Program-made: the position numbers and the translations under genes | In this document: one piece after another, positions 44,500-55,924 of the stretch | Numbering within the stretch: position 1 is the first letter of the stretch | Layout of the letters: every line of letters begins with the position of its first letter | The notes under the pieces: model-generated | Told to the model about the DNA's origin: nothing | What the model saw: the letters and a program-made list of their open reading frames with translations, nothing else | The model's database searches: none | IMG/VR virus record: IMGVR_UViG_3300005613_000004 | Strand: one strand, 5' to 3' | DNA from: a virus | DNA length: 64,000 bases

Positions 44500-46038
44500 A
44501 TGGCAGCAATAGTAACTGATCAATTTAGAATAACAAATGCCAGTAATTTTATAAATGCTGTATCCGAAGATAATCAAAAATATTATGTATTTTTGGGTTT
44601 AGTAAATCCAAATATTGACAATAAATTTGGTAGAGATCTTAATTGGAATACAAATGTTCCATCTCCCGTAGATAACTTTCAATACCAAGCACATTATAGA
44701 GATACTTCACTTTTTGGAAAAAAAATTGATTCTGATAATATCAGAAGAGTTGTAAAAAAAATTGAATGGACTTCAAATACTGCCTATGATATGTATAGGC
44801 ATGATTATAGTACTTCCAACCTTGCACCAAATAGTAGTACATCTAGATTATATAATGCAAACTATTATGTAATAAACAGTGATTTTAGAGTTTATATTTG
44901 TGTTAATAATGGTTCTTCAGGATCTCTTCCAAGAGGAACTAGATCCTTATACGAACCAACTTCTACAGGTACGGCTCCATTTCAAGCAGGTCCCACTGAT
45001 GATGGATATAGATGGAAATACTTATTTTCTATAAAACCTACCGATATAATTAAGTTTGATTCTACGGAATACATTGTTCTCCCAAATAATTGGGAAACCT
45101 CAACTGATCCTGAAATTGAAGATGTTAGATTTGCTGGAGACTCATCAGTTTCTAACCCCAATCAAATAAAAACTGTTTATATTGAAGATGGTGGGCAAGG
45201 ATATTCTGATGGAATTTATGATATTGTTGGAGATGGAACTGGAGCAAGAGTTTCAATTACTACAACTAGTGGAGTAATTACCTCTGCAGTCATTGTAAAT
45301 GGTGGTTATGGTTATACATGGGGTTATGTGGATTTAAATAGAACTTCAATCACAAATCCAGCAAAATTAATACCAATTATTCCACCATCTAGAGGTCATG
45401 GATATGATCTTTATAAAGAACTTGGTGCTGATAAAGTACTAATTTATGCTCGTTTTGATGATTCAACTGTAAATTTTCCAATTAACTCACAATTCTCGCA
45501 AATCGGAATTTTAAAAAATCCGGAAAATTTTGATAATAGTAATTTATTTTCTGAAAATAATTTTTCTTCTTTATATGCAATAAAGTTAGTTGATTCGTAT
45601 TCAGGAAACCCTACTTTGGGACAAGAAATAGCACAATCCCAGAGTGGAAAAACTGCTAGAGGTTATATTGCTTCATATGACTCCGAAACTAAAGTGTTAA
45701 AGTATTTTGTAGATAGATCATTATATTTTTCAAATGGAGAAGATCAAACAGATGGTAATGATATTAGTGGAGTAGTTTCATTTTTAGGTTCTGATGATTC
45801 CACAACAAGAAGCATTTCTCTAATAGATGATGGTGGAACTATTGACATTGATAATTTTAATGAAGATGTAGTTGTTATCAATCAAAAGAGAATTAACTTA
45901 GAAGTCACATTCACAAATGGTCTTGCAGATCCCCAGATAAATAAAAAGACAGGGGAAATTCTGTATATTGATAATCGTCCTCTCGTTGAGAGGGACGTTA
46001 AACAAAGAGAAGATATCAAAATCATTCTGGAATTTTAA
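44500..46038 (+). CDS. gp8: Baseplate wedge subunit gp8
   Basis: MAAIVTDQFRI, YDMYRHDY, DGYRWKYLF, GEILYIDNR. Confidence 0.9.
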   Translation: MAAIVTDQFRITNASNFINAVSEDNQKYYVFLGLVNPNIDNKFGRDLNWNTNVPSPVDNFQYQAHYRDTSLFGKKIDSDNIRRVVKKIEWTSNTAYDMYRHDYSTSNLAPNSSTSRLYNANYYVINSDFRVYICVNNGSSGSLPRGTRSLYEPTSTGTAPFQAGPTDDGYRWKYLFSIKPTDIIKFDSTEYIVLPNNWETSTDPEIEDVRFAGDSSVSNPNQIKTVYIEDGGQGYSDGIYDIVGDGTGARVSITTTSGVITSAVIVNGGYGYTWGYVDLNRTSITNPAKLIPIIPPSRGHGYDLYKELGADKVLIYARFDDSTVNFPINSQFSQIGILKNPENFDNSNLFSENNFSSLYAIKLVDSYSGNPTLGQEIAQSQSGKTARGYIASYDSETKVLKYFVDRSLYFSNGEDQTDGNDISGVVSFLGSDDSTTRSISLIDDGGTIDIDNFNEDVVVINQKRINLEVTFTNGLADPQINKKTGEILYIDNRPLVERDVKQREDIKIILEF

Positions 46039-46044
46039 GAACAA

Positions 46045-49000
46045 ATGGCACAAAAAACAGATTTAAACATAAGTCCATATTATGATGACTTTGATCCAGA
46101 TAAAAACTTTTATAAAGTTTTATTTAAACCTGGATTTCCGGTTCAGGCAAGAGAATTAACAACTCTCCAATCAATATTACAGAATCAAGTAGAATCATTT
46201 GGCAGTAATATCTTTAAGGAAGGAAGTATTGTCATTCCAGGATCAACATCTTATGATGATCAATTTAATTCGGTAAAAGTAAATTCTACTAATTTTGGTG
46301 TAGATATTTCTTTATACATCAATAATTTTATTGGAAAAACTATAGTAGGATCAGTATCGGGTGTAAAAGCATCTTTGCAATACATAGCATTTCCCTCCGA
46401 AAGTGATCTTGTAGAAAATATTACACTTTATGTAAAATATTTAACTTCTGGTAATGATTCGGAGACTGACACCTTTTTAGATGGTGAATCATTATTTGCA
46501 GAAGAAAATGTAGTTTATGGAAATACTACAATTAACGCAGGAACAGCATTTTCATCTTTGATTGATATAGATGCGACATCTATTGGATCTGCAGTTTCTA
46601 TAGACGAAGGTACATATTTTGTAAGAGGAACATTTGTTAATGTTTCAAAACAAACGATTATATTGGATTATTATAGCAATACTCCCAACTATAGAGTTGG
46701 GTTGAATGTAAGTGAATCTATTGTTACCGCAAGAGATGATAACTCTTTGTATGATAATGCAAAAGGATTTACAAATTTTGCAGCACCCGGAGCAGATAGA
46801 TTTAAAATATCATTAACTTTAACTAAAAAATCACTAACAGATTTTGATGATACTGATTTCATTGAAATTCTTAGAATAAGTGACGGAACAATAAAAAAAG
46901 TTGTTGATAAGACGGTATATAATATAATAAGAGATTATATTGCAAAAAGAACTTTCGATGAATCTGGTCATTATACTGTAGATGAATTTAGAATCAATGT
47001 ATTAAATTCTCTCAATGATAGGGTTGGTAATGATGGATTATTTTTGGAAAATGAATCTACAGATCAGGGTAATACTCCATCTGATGATCTAATGTGTGTT
47101 CAAGTTTCTTCTGGAGAAGCTTATGTTGCTGGTTATGACATCGAATTACCATCTGAAGTAAATATTGATGTAGAAAAACCGAGAGATACTCAAAAAGTAG
47201 AGTCTATAAATGTTCCTTTTGAAATGGGTTCTTTACTTCGAGTAAATAATGTTTCTGGAGCACCAAAAGAAACGACAGAAATTGACTTGCTTAATAGATT
47301 TAGTGGAGACACTACTCCAACAACTATTGGTAAGGCAAGGGTATATACATTCAATCTTACAGATGCAGCATATTCTAATAATGCGACTCAGTGGGATTTA
47401 TATCTTTATGATATTCAAACTTATACACAATTAACATTTAATAGAAGTGTAACTACTACAGAAATTCCCACATCATCCTTTATCAAAGGTAAAAGTAGTG
47501 GTGCAAGTGGTTTTGTAGTGTTGGGAGTTAATGGAACATCTCTAAATGTCTATCAAACGTCAGGAACTTTTATTGAGAGTGAGCAATTAACCGTCAATGG
47601 AATTGATGCTTCATTATCACTATCAAGTTTTATTGTTTATAGTACTGAGGATATTAAATCAGTATCTCAAACTGTTTCCAATTTTCCAACATTTAGTGCA
47701 GATTCTGTTCTCAGTAGTAAAAAAATTAATAATATTGCACAAGCAAATCTCTCCTCTGGAGTATTTACAAGTCCAGGAAAACTTTTTACTGGAATTAAAA
47801 TTGGTGATATTATTAAGTATCAAACTGGATCTGGTGATGTAAGATATAATAGAGTTACTGCTATTGATGGAAACTTAAATAATATTACGGTCACTGCTGT
47901 TGCATCATCAGTATCTGGTGTTTTTGATGGAACCGTGACAGATGGAGACTATAATATTGAACTGGCATTTCCAGAACTTAGAAATAAAATAAATGCATAT
48001 CTTTATTCAAATCTTTTGAATGATAATGTTTCTTCGGTTAATCTTTCAAATTCTCAGTTATCAATAACAAGACAAATAGATGAAACGGAAGGATTAACTA
48101 TCACTGGAAATTCTTTAACATTTAATCTTTCAAATATAACAGGAATTACTAGTGCCACTTTTGAACCATTTGATGAGGAAAGATATTCCGTTCATTATAG
48201 TAATGGTGATATTGCAGAAATAACTTCTGATGCTTTTACTCTTAATGGAAATCAGGTAACAATTGCAGGATTAGGAAATACCTCAGATCCAGTTGTTGTA
48301 AATACAACTCTTAAGAAGAATAATATTCAAAGTAAGATTAAAGAATATACAAGAAGTGCTGTTGGTATCGTAACCTTTTCTACTTTAACAAGATCTGGTG
48401 CAGCAACTAGTGATTCTATTAATGATGGATTAACTTACAATTCATATTATGGATTAAGAGTCCAAGATGATCAAATTTCATTGAATTTTCCTGATGTATC
48501 TAAAGTTCTCTCAATATATGAATCAAAAAATACTGCAGATCCTTTTTTAGATAGGATTGAATTTTCTTCAATATCTGTAGTCGATACTGATGCAATTATT
48601 GGTGAAGACATTATTGGTTCTGATAGTGGAGCTATTGCAAGAATTGTTCAAAATTCATCTTCAGTAGCATCTCCGGCAATTCCTACAAATAATCTTGGAA
48701 TAGTTTATCTAAATCGAGAAAGATTTAATGTAGGTGAAAATGTAACATTTAAAGAATCTAATATTATTTCTACTGTACAATCTATAACTTCCGGTCAATA
48801 TAAGGATATTACTAATAACTTTACATTGGATAAGGGACAAAAAGATGAATATTATGATTATTCTAGACTGATTAGAGTTGGAAATCAAATACCAGAAAAA
48901 AGACTTTTAATAGTATTTGATCATTATACAATACCAACATCAGATAATGGTGATGTCTTTACTGTTTTAAGTTATGATGATGAAAGATTTTCTAATGATA

Positions 49001-52000
49001 TCCCAGATATAGGAAGTAGAAGTAAAAGAGCATCCGATACTCTTGATTTTAGACCAAGAGTTCAAAGATTTACTAGCACATCATCATCTCCATTCGATTT
49101 TGCATCAAGAAATTTTGGTGATGATCCAAAATTTGTATTGAAACCTGGAGAAGGGTCTTTAGTTGGATATGATTTTTATCTTCCAAGAATTGATAGAGTT
49201 TATCTTGATAAATTTTCCAATGTAATTTTAAGAAAAGGTATATCTTCAGTAGATCCACAACCACCAATAAATGAAGATCCAGATTTAATGCAATTGGGAG
49301 AAATTCAACTTCCAGCTTACTTATATGATGTTGACGATGCTTCTATCGATTTGCTTGAAAATAGAAGATATACGATGAGAGACATTGGTAGTATCGAAGA
49401 TAGAGTAGAATCTCTTGAAAGATATACATCTTTAAGTTTGCTTGAAGTAAGCACAGAATCACTTAGAGTAGAAGATTCTAATGGAAGTAATAGATTTAAA
49501 TCTGGTATATTTGTAGATGATTTTATAGATTCTTCTTTATCGGATGATGAGTTAACAACTGCAAACATTATTTCTGGGCAACTTGCCCCATTATCATTTA
49601 GAAATTCTTTACAACAAAGACCAATTCCTTCAACTGAAATTGCAGAGAGTGAATTAGATCTTTCCGAAAGTTATAGTTTACTAGACCCAAGTGTACAAAA
49701 AACAGGAAACGCAATCACATTAAAATATGATTCTATTGGTTGGATAGAACAAAATTTTGCAACTCGTGTTGAAAATGTAAACCCCTTTCATGTTATTGAA
49801 TACGTTGGTGAAATTAGACTTGAGCCAAATACTGATAATTGGGTAAGAACAATAAGACTTCCGGCAAAAGTTACTAATGTAAACATCACCAAGAATAGGA
49901 CCGTTAATATAACAGTTTCGGAAGATGATGATAGAAGACTTCAACGATTCTGGAGAAGTACACGTACAACTGCATCTGGATTTGGACTTCCATCCGGAAT
50001 AAAAAGAATTCTAAACTCAATAATAAATCCAAATGTATCAACACAAAGAAGAACTAGAGATGTTCTTATCTCTTCCGGAACTGAAAAATATATTCGTTCT
50101 AGAAATATATCATTTTATGGAAATGGTCTTAGACCTCTCACTAGACATTATCAGTTCTTCGATAGTCATAGTAATATAAATTACATTCCAAAACTTGTTG
50201 AGATTGCTACAGATTCATCCTTACAAAATTATGGAACTGCTGAGGGAACATTTCAGACTGGAGAGACAATAACTGCTTCTTTTGGTGGAAAAACAATAGG
50301 GACTTTCAGATTAGCAAAATCGAACCATAAAACTGGAAAATTTAATTCTCCAGAATTTACATATACCACAAATCCATATTTAAGTTCAGAATCTATTGCT
50401 TCTGGTTATAGTCAGTCATCAAAAACATTAAATATAGATTTGAATTCATTATCTGCAGAAGCACAAGGAAGGTTTAATGGTTATCTAAAAAAGGGTGCTG
50501 TAATAGTTGGTTCTAGCAGTGGAGCAAGAGCTTTTGTAAAAGATTTGAGACTTATTTCTGATGCAAATGGTACATTATTTGGATCCGTATTTATTCAAAA
50601 TCCACACACAAATCCAGCACCAGAAGCAAGAATTACAACTGGAAGAAAAACCTATAGATTATCTAGTAGTTCTACCAATGAAGAACAACTTCCGGGGAGC
50701 ACACTCATTTCCTCTGCTGATGGAGAATATAATGCATTTGGAACATGGAGAAAAATTCAATCTCAAACTACAGTAACTAGAACTACTACTAGAATCAGAT
50801 TACGAACTCGTGTAAGACGAAGAAGGAGGACAGATCCATTAGCACAATCATTCACTGTTGGTGGCAATATTCAAGCACCAAATGGTAATAGACAAAATGA
50901 TGATACAAATGGTGCATTTTTGACTAGTGTTGATGTATATTTTGCATCTAAACCGGGTGGAAATGAACCTCTTACCGTTGAAATTAGAACAATGGAGTTG
51001 GGCACGCCAACTTTAACTGTTATTGGTGAACCAAAAACTTTGATTCCAAGTCAAATTTCAACATCCTCAGATGCATCAGTTGCCACAAAAGTAACATTTG
51101 ATTATCCAATTTATCTTCCACCAGGAGATGAATATGCTTTAGTATTATTAGCACCAACTTCAGATCAATATGAAGTATGGACAGCAACAATGGGAGAAAC
51201 AACTATCGAAACACAAAATCTCCCATCATCTGAAGCAATTAAGTATTCTACACAATTTGCGATTGGAAGTTTATTTAAATCTCAAAATGGATCTATTTGG
51301 ACTCCTACACAAGAATCTGATCTCAAATTCAAGTTATATAAAGCAAAATTTACCGAAAACACTGGAATTGTACACTTTGGCAATCCCCCGTTAGATGAAA
51401 GTAATGGTTATTCTCCAATACTTGAAGAAAATGCACTTACTTCAGTACCAAAAAATATAACTCTTGGTATCACTACAGTTACAGATTCTAACTTGATTGA
51501 TATTTTGGGTGAAGGAAGAAGAATCGCAGGATTAACTCAAAATAGTTTTGGTAGCGTTATATCTACAGGAAGTGCTGTTGGTATCGTAACAGTTACCGAT
51601 TCGGGTGCAAATTATACCACTAGAAGTGGTTCAGAAACACTTTCCATTTTTGGTGGAGGTACGGGACTAACTATTGATATTGATTCTGTTGATGCTGATG
51701 GTTCTATTACTGGTATAACAGTTGCAAATCCTGGAAATGGATATGCCGTTGGTGACATTGTTTCTATTGTAAATGGAACTAATGAAACTGGAAGAGATGC
51801 AATTATTACTGTTTCTGCGATTACTGGTGTTGATACATTATATCTTACTAATGTTCAAGGTGAATCTGGTACTGGAAAAGCATTCCGAGTCGGTGCTGCA
51901 TTAAGTTACTATGAGTCAGATTCTACTATCATTGGATTGGCTTCAACTACAATAACTTCTGCAACTGAAGAAGGTGGAATTTTCTCTGGTAATTATTTAA

Positions 52001-53358
52001 AGGTAGATCATTTCTATCATGGAATGTATGCTAATAACAATAAATTAACTTTAAATAATATTGAACCTAATGTTACATCTACAACTCTTACCGCAGTGGT
52101 GACTTCTACTGAAGGAAATTCAATTGAAATTGGGGATTCTACAGGTTTCGAAAATTTTGAAGGACAACCAGTTAGTAGTATAAATCCAGGATATCTCATT
52201 ATTGGTAATGAAATTATTGAATATACTGATGTATCAACAAATCTCATAGAAGGATCTATAACAAGAGGAGTTAGTGACACAGTAATTCAACAGCATGAAA
52301 TAGGTGCTAAAGTTGCAAAATATGAATTTTCTGGAGTATCTCTGAGAAGAATAAATGGTATTGTTTATGATATATCTGATACTGATATTAGAGATAATTC
52401 GTATTATATTGAAATTGATAGAGGAGAGACATCAGCAGTTGAAGGAAAAACTGTAGGAGTTGATAGAACTTCTGATGGTTCTTTTCCACAGTTGTCATTT
52501 GCAACACAATCAATTGGTGGTGGTACAGAAATTACCGCAACTGAAAATATTATGTTTAATAAAATTAATCCAAAATATGATATTTTAAGTCCTGGAAGTC
52601 AAACTTCAATATCATCAAATATTAGAACCACAACGGGAACTAGTATTGATGGAAATGAAATTTCCTTTATTCTTCAAAATTCAGTTGAAGAAGTAATTCC
52701 AAATCAAGTGAATGAATTAAATTCTGTTAGGATAATTTGCTCTAGACCAAATGAATTAAATCAATCGGCATTTAATTCAGTTTCTGGAAGAAGATCTTTC
52801 AATTCTACAGTGACACTAAACACTACAGACGAAAATCTTTCACCAATGGTATTTGTTGATACTTCTACTATTGAATTTATATCTGATAATATTAATAAAC
52901 CCGTGACAGATTATGTAAATAGTTCTGCGGCAAATTCAATATTGAATGATCCACATGCAGCAACTTATGTTTCAAATAATATAACTTTAGCACAACCTGC
53001 ATCTTCACTCAAAGTTATATTAAGTGCTTATAGACCAGAAGTAGCAGACATCAGAGTTCTTTATCAATTAGTTAGAGAAGATTCTGCTGAGATAGAACAA
53101 GAATTTGAATTGTTTCCTGGATTTAATAATTTAGAATCAACTTCTGATGGTGTTCTTAGAGTGGTGGATCCTTCATTAAATGATGGGAGATCAGATATCA
53201 GAGTTCCTGCAAGTGAACGAGGACAATTTTTGGAATATGAATTTACTAATAATGATTTACCAGAGTTTATTGGGTACAGAGTTAAAATTGTAATGTCCTC
53301 TACGGATCAGGCAAATTACCCAATTATTAATGATCTTAGAACCATTGCATTAAGATGA
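46045..53358 (+). CDS. Large virion structural protein (VrlC/DUF4815-like)
   Basis: TDLNISPYYDDFD...LFKPGFPVQARELT, RFKSGIFVDDF, DPLAQSF, QESDLKF. Confidence 0.8.
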   Translation: MAQKTDLNISPYYDDFDPDKNFYKVLFKPGFPVQARELTTLQSILQNQVESFGSNIFKEGSIVIPGSTSYDDQFNSVKVNSTNFGVDISLYINNFIGKTIVGSVSGVKASLQYIAFPSESDLVENITLYVKYLTSGNDSETDTFLDGESLFAEENVVYGNTTINAGTAFSSLIDIDATSIGSAVSIDEGTYFVRGTFVNVSKQTIILDYYSNTPNYRVGLNVSESIVTARDDNSLYDNAKGFTNFAAPGADRFKISLTLTKKSLTDFDDTDFIEILRISDGTIKKVVDKTVYNIIRDYIAKRTFDESGHYTVDEFRINVLNSLNDRVGNDGLFLENESTDQGNTPSDDLMCVQVSSGEAYVAGYDIELPSEVNIDVEKPRDTQKVESINVPFEMGSLLRVNNVSGAPKETTEIDLLNRFSGDTTPTTIGKARVYTFNLTDAAYSNNATQWDLYLYDIQTYTQLTFNRSVTTTEIPTSSFIKGKSSGASGFVVLGVNGTSLNVYQTSGTFIESEQLTVNGIDASLSLSSFIVYSTEDIKSVSQTVSNFPTFSADSVLSSKKINNIAQANLSSGVFTSPGKLFTGIKIGDIIKYQTGSGDVRYNRVTAIDGNLNNITVTAVASSVSGVFDGTVTDGDYNIELAFPELRNKINAYLYSNLLNDNVSSVNLSNSQLSITRQIDETEGLTITGNSLTFNLSNITGITSATFEPFDEERYSVHYSNGDIAEITSDAFTLNGNQVTIAGLGNTSDPVVVNTTLKKNNIQSKIKEYTRSAVGIVTFSTLTRSGAATSDSINDGLTYNSYYGLRVQDDQISLNFPDVSKVLSIYESKNTADPFLDRIEFSSISVVDTDAIIGEDIIGSDSGAIARIVQNSSSVASPAIPTNNLGIVYLNRERFNVGENVTFKESNIISTVQSITSGQYKDITNNFTLDKGQKDEYYDYSRLIRVGNQIPEKRLLIVFDHYTIPTSDNGDVFTVLSYDDERFSNDIPDIGSRSKRASDTLDFRPRVQRFTSTSSSPFDFASRNFGDDPKFVLKPGEGSLVGYDFYLPRIDRVYLDKFSNVILRKGISSVDPQPPINEDPDLMQLGEIQLPAYLYDVDDASIDLLENRRYTMRDIGSIEDRVESLERYTSLSLLEVSTESLRVEDSNGSNRFKSGIFVDDFIDSSLSDDELTTANIISGQLAPLSFRNSLQQRPIPSTEIAESELDLSESYSLLDPSVQKTGNAITLKYDSIGWIEQNFATRVENVNPFHVIEYVGEIRLEPNTDNWVRTIRLPAKVTNVNITKNRTVNITVSEDDDRRLQRFWRSTRTTASGFGLPSGIKRILNSIINPNVSTQRRTRDVLISSGTEKYIRSRNISFYGNGLRPLTRHYQFFDSHSNINYIPKLVEIATDSSLQNYGTAEGTFQTGETITASFGGKTIGTFRLAKSNHKTGKFNSPEFTYTTNPYLSSESIASGYSQSSKTLNIDLNSLSAEAQGRFNGYLKKGAVIVGSSSGARAFVKDLRLISDANGTLFGSVFIQNPHTNPAPEARITTGRKTYRLSSSSTNEEQLPGSTLISSADGEYNAFGTWRKIQSQTTVTRTTTRIRLRTRVRRRRRTDPLAQSFTVGGNIQAPNGNRQNDDTNGAFLTSVDVYFASKPGGNEPLTVEIRTMELGTPTLTVIGEPKTLIPSQISTSSDASVATKVTFDYPIYLPPGDEYALVLLAPTSDQYEVWTATMGETTIETQNLPSSEAIKYSTQFAIGSLFKSQNGSIWTPTQESDLKFKLYKAKFTENTGIVHFGNPPLDESNGYSPILEENALTSVPKNITLGITTVTDSNLIDILGEGRRIAGLTQNSFGSVISTGSAVGIVTVTDSGANYTTRSGSETLSIFGGGTGLTIDIDSVDADGSITGITVANPGNGYAVGDIVSIVNGTNETGRDAIITVSAITGVDTLYLTNVQGESGTGKAFRVGAALSYYESDSTIIGLASTTITSATEEGGIFSGNYLKVDHFYHGMYANNNKLTLNNIEPNVTSTTLTAVVTSTEGNSIEIGDSTGFENFEGQPVSSINPGYLIIGNEIIEYTDVSTNLIEGSITRGVSDTVIQQHEIGAKVAKYEFSGVSLRRINGIVYDISDTDIRDNSYYIEIDRGETSAVEGKTVGVDRTSDGSFPQLSFATQSIGGGTEITATENIMFNKINPKYDILSPGSQTSISSNIRTTTGTSIDGNEISFILQNSVEEVIPNQVNELNSVRIICSRPNELNQSAFNSVSGRRSFNSTVTLNTTDENLSPMVFVDTSTIEFISDNINKPVTDYVNSSAANSILNDPHAATYVSNNITLAQPASSLKVILSAYRPEVADIRVLYQLVREDSAEIEQEFELFPGFNNLESTSDGVLRVVDPSLNDGRSDIRVPASERGQFLEYEFTNNDLPEFIGYRVKIVMSSTDQANYPIINDLRTIALR

Positions 53359-53558
53359 AAAAACTGATAAAAGTAAAAGATCATCCTCATCTTTATCGAG
53401 ATGAGGATACTGGAGCCATTATAAATTATGACACAATTGGATATAATCAAAGAATTAAAAAAATAGAATTTGAAAAATCCCAAAAGGAAGAATTGGATAC
53501 TATGAAAAAAGATATTGAAGAAATTAAATCTCTACTCAAAGATTTTTTGAATAAATAA
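53355..53558 (+). CDS. Small coiled-coil hypothetical protein
   Basis: LYRDEDTGAIIN; C-terminal heptads. Confidence 0.8.
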   Translation: MKKLIKVKDHPHLYRDEDTGAIINYDTIGYNQRIKKIEFEKSQKEELDTMKKDIEEIKSLLKDFLNK

Positions 53559-53582
53559 ATTTTTTCCTTATTTATTTGATAA

Positions 53583-53590
53583 TATAAATA
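53583..53590 (+). promoter_or_regulatory. T4-type late promoter
   Basis: TATAAATA. Confidence 0.8.
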
Positions 53591-53617
53591 TTTAAAGAAA
53601 ATATGCTCATCTGAATA

Positions 53618-53956
53618 ATGGCAGTATTTGTATCAAATATAGTAATTGAGCAGGGATTTGATTTTGATACTACTTTTTTGCTTGCAGACACAGTGACAAA
53701 TAACCCATTAAATTTAACTGGTTATAGTATAGAATCTCAACTCAGAAAGACTTACACCAGTACAAATTCATCTACCTTCATTTCTTCTATAACAAACCCA
53801 TCTAATGGACAAATTGAAATATCATTAGGAACAACAGCAACAAGTTCACTTAAAGAAGGTAGATATGTGTATGATGTGAAGTTAACTTCGGATGTTGGAG
53901 TTGTCTATAAAGCAGTAGAGGGATTAGCACTTGTCAGACCGGGAGTTACTAGGTAA
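53618..53956 (+). CDS. Virion structural protein (baseplate/fibre connector-like)
   Basis: IEQGFDF...GRYVYDV...VEGLALVRPGVT. Confidence 0.6.
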   Translation: MAVFVSNIVIEQGFDFDTTFLLADTVTNNPLNLTGYSIESQLRKTYTSTNSSTFISSITNPSNGQIEISLGTTATSSLKEGRYVYDVKLTSDVGVVYKAVEGLALVRPGVTR

Positions 53957-55083
53957 TGGCCAATATAAATGATAGAATAGGATCTCAAAATGTAATTCGA
54001 GTTTTATCGAATGCATCTAGTCCCCCGGCAAATTTAATTAATTTAAATGATGTAGATAGTACTCTTAGAACTGAGGATGGAATGATCCTCGTTTGGGATT
54101 TACCATCTGAAAAATTTATAATGACGAGTGTCATTGACTCGTCATCAACAACAATTGAAGGTATTGCATATTTTACAAATGATACCGATTCAACAAACAC
54201 AACAAATGGTGCAATAATTGTTAGTGGTGGAGTTGGAATTGCTAAAAATTTAACTGTTGGTCTTGGATTATCCATAACCGGTATTGCTGTATTTGAATCC
54301 AATGTAGATATTAATGCTGCGGTTAATATTTTAAATGATCTAGTTGTTCAAGATTCAGTAAGGATTGATGATAACTTAAGAGTTGCGGGATTATCGACAT
54401 TTAATTCTAATGTTGATATTAATGCTTCTTTAGATGTATCATCGACATCCACTTTTAATGATAATGTTAATATTTTAAATGATCTAGTTGTTCAAGATTC
54501 AGTAAGGATTGATGATAATTTAAGAGTTACGGGATTATCAACATTTAATTCTAATGTTGATATTAATGCTGCGGTTAATATTTCAAATGATCTGGATGTT
54601 CAAGATTCAGTAAGTATTGACAATGATTTAGTAGTAAGTAGAAATGTATTTGTATCTGGAATTACTACTTTAGCATCATCAGGAGGAATTACAACAACTG
54701 GAGGAGATGTTTATGTTGGTGGTGACCTTTATGTTTCTGATGATCTTGTAATTGATGAGTTTGATTCTAGAAGAGGAACAATTCGAGAAGATCTTAATGT
54801 TCTGGGTTTAACCACAACTAGAAACCTTATAGTAACAGGTGTATCAACATTTCAAAATAATGTCAATGTAAGTGGATTTGTAACCGTTACAGAGGGATTA
54901 TATTATGATGAAGATGATTATAGTGGACCAAATGGAATCGCATACTTCGATAATAGTGGAAAACTTGTTAGTGCTGCAAGCACTGTAGGTTTTATAACCA
55001 CAAGTAATTATATATTAACAACTGAAACAACAGGAATTGGAACTCCTGTATGGACAACTACTATTGATGGAGGAGAATATTAA
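53956..55083 (+). CDS. Fibre-like structural protein with internal duplications
   Basis: VSGGVGIAKNL, GLSTF repeats, TIDGGEY end. Confidence 0.7.
   Translation: MANINDRIGSQNVIRVLSNASSPPANLINLNDVDSTLRTEDGMILVWDLPSEKFIMTSVIDSSSTTIEGIAYFTNDTDSTNTTNGAIIVSGGVGIAKNLTVGLGLSITGIAVFESNVDINAAVNILNDLVVQDSVRIDDNLRVAGLSTFNSNVDINASLDVSSTSTFNDNVNILNDLVVQDSVRIDDNLRVTGLSTFNSNVDINAAVNISNDLDVQDSVSIDNDLVVSRNVFVSGITTLASSGGITTTGGDVYVGGDLYVSDDLVIDEFDSRRGTIREDLNVLGLTTTRNLIVTGVSTFQNNVNVSGFVTVTEGLYYDEDDYSGPNGIAYFDNSGKLVSAASTVGFITTSNYILTTETTGIGTPVWTTTIDGGEY
54322..54570 (+). repeat. About 105-bp near-identical duplication, period 144 bp
   Basis: VNILNDLVVQDSVRIDDNLRV(A/T)GLSTFNSNVDINA at 54322 and 54466; third degenerate copy follows. 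Confidence 0.9.
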
Positions 55084-55922
55084 TGGCTAAACCAACTACA
55101 AGACAAGAATTAATTGATTATTGTTTAAGACAGCTAGGTGCTCCTGTTTTAGAGATTAATGTCGCTGATGAACAAATTGATGATTTGGTAGATGATGCGA
55201 TTCAATACTTTAATGAAAGGCACTTTGATGGTGTCGAAAGAATGTATTTAAAATATAAAGTTAGTCAAGATGATATTGATAGAGGAACTGCAGGTGGAAC
55301 TGATGGAGTTGGAATTGTAACAACTACAGGAACTTCAAATATTGTAGGTACTGCAACAACATTTAATTTTTATGAGAATTCGAATTACATTCAAGTTCCA
55401 GACTCAGTAATTGGTATTGAAAAGATATTTAAATTTGATACTAGTAGTATTTCTGGTGGAATGTTTAGTATTAAATATCAGTTATTCTTAAATGATCTAT
55501 ATTATTTCAACTCTGTTGATTTGTTGACTTATTCTATGACTAAATCATATCTCGAAGATATTGATTTCTTACTGACAACGGATAAGCAAATAAGATTCAA
55601 TAAAAGGCAAAATAGACTATACCTTGATATAGATTGGAAATCTCAGGATAAAGATACTTTTTTTGTCATTGATTGCTATAGAGCTTTAGATCCAGCAGAA
55701 TTTAGTAAAGTATATAATGATAGCTTTTTAAAGAAATATTTAACTTCAATGATTAAGAGGCAGTGGGGTCAAAATTTAATTAAGTTTAATGGTGTCAAAC
55801 TTCCTGGTGGAATTGAGTTAAACGGAAGACAAATATATGAAGATGCACAAAGAGAACTTGAAGATATTAAATCGAGAATGATGAATGAGTATGAATTACC
55901 ACCTTTGGATATGATCGGTTAG
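55083..55922 (+). CDS. gp13: Neck protein gp13
   Basis: LRQLGAPVLEINV, LPGGIELNG. Confidence 0.92.
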   Translation: MAKPTTRQELIDYCLRQLGAPVLEINVADEQIDDLVDDAIQYFNERHFDGVERMYLKYKVSQDDIDRGTAGGTDGVGIVTTTGTSNIVGTATTFNFYENSNYIQVPDSVIGIEKIFKFDTSSISGGMFSIKYQLFLNDLYYFNSVDLLTYSMTKSYLEDIDFLLTTDKQIRFNKRQNRLYLDIDWKSQDKDTFFVIDCYRALDPAEFSKVYNDSFLKKYLTSMIKRQWGQNLIKFNGVKLPGGIELNGRQIYEDAQRELEDIKSRMMNEYELPPLDMIG

Positions 55923-55924
55923 TC

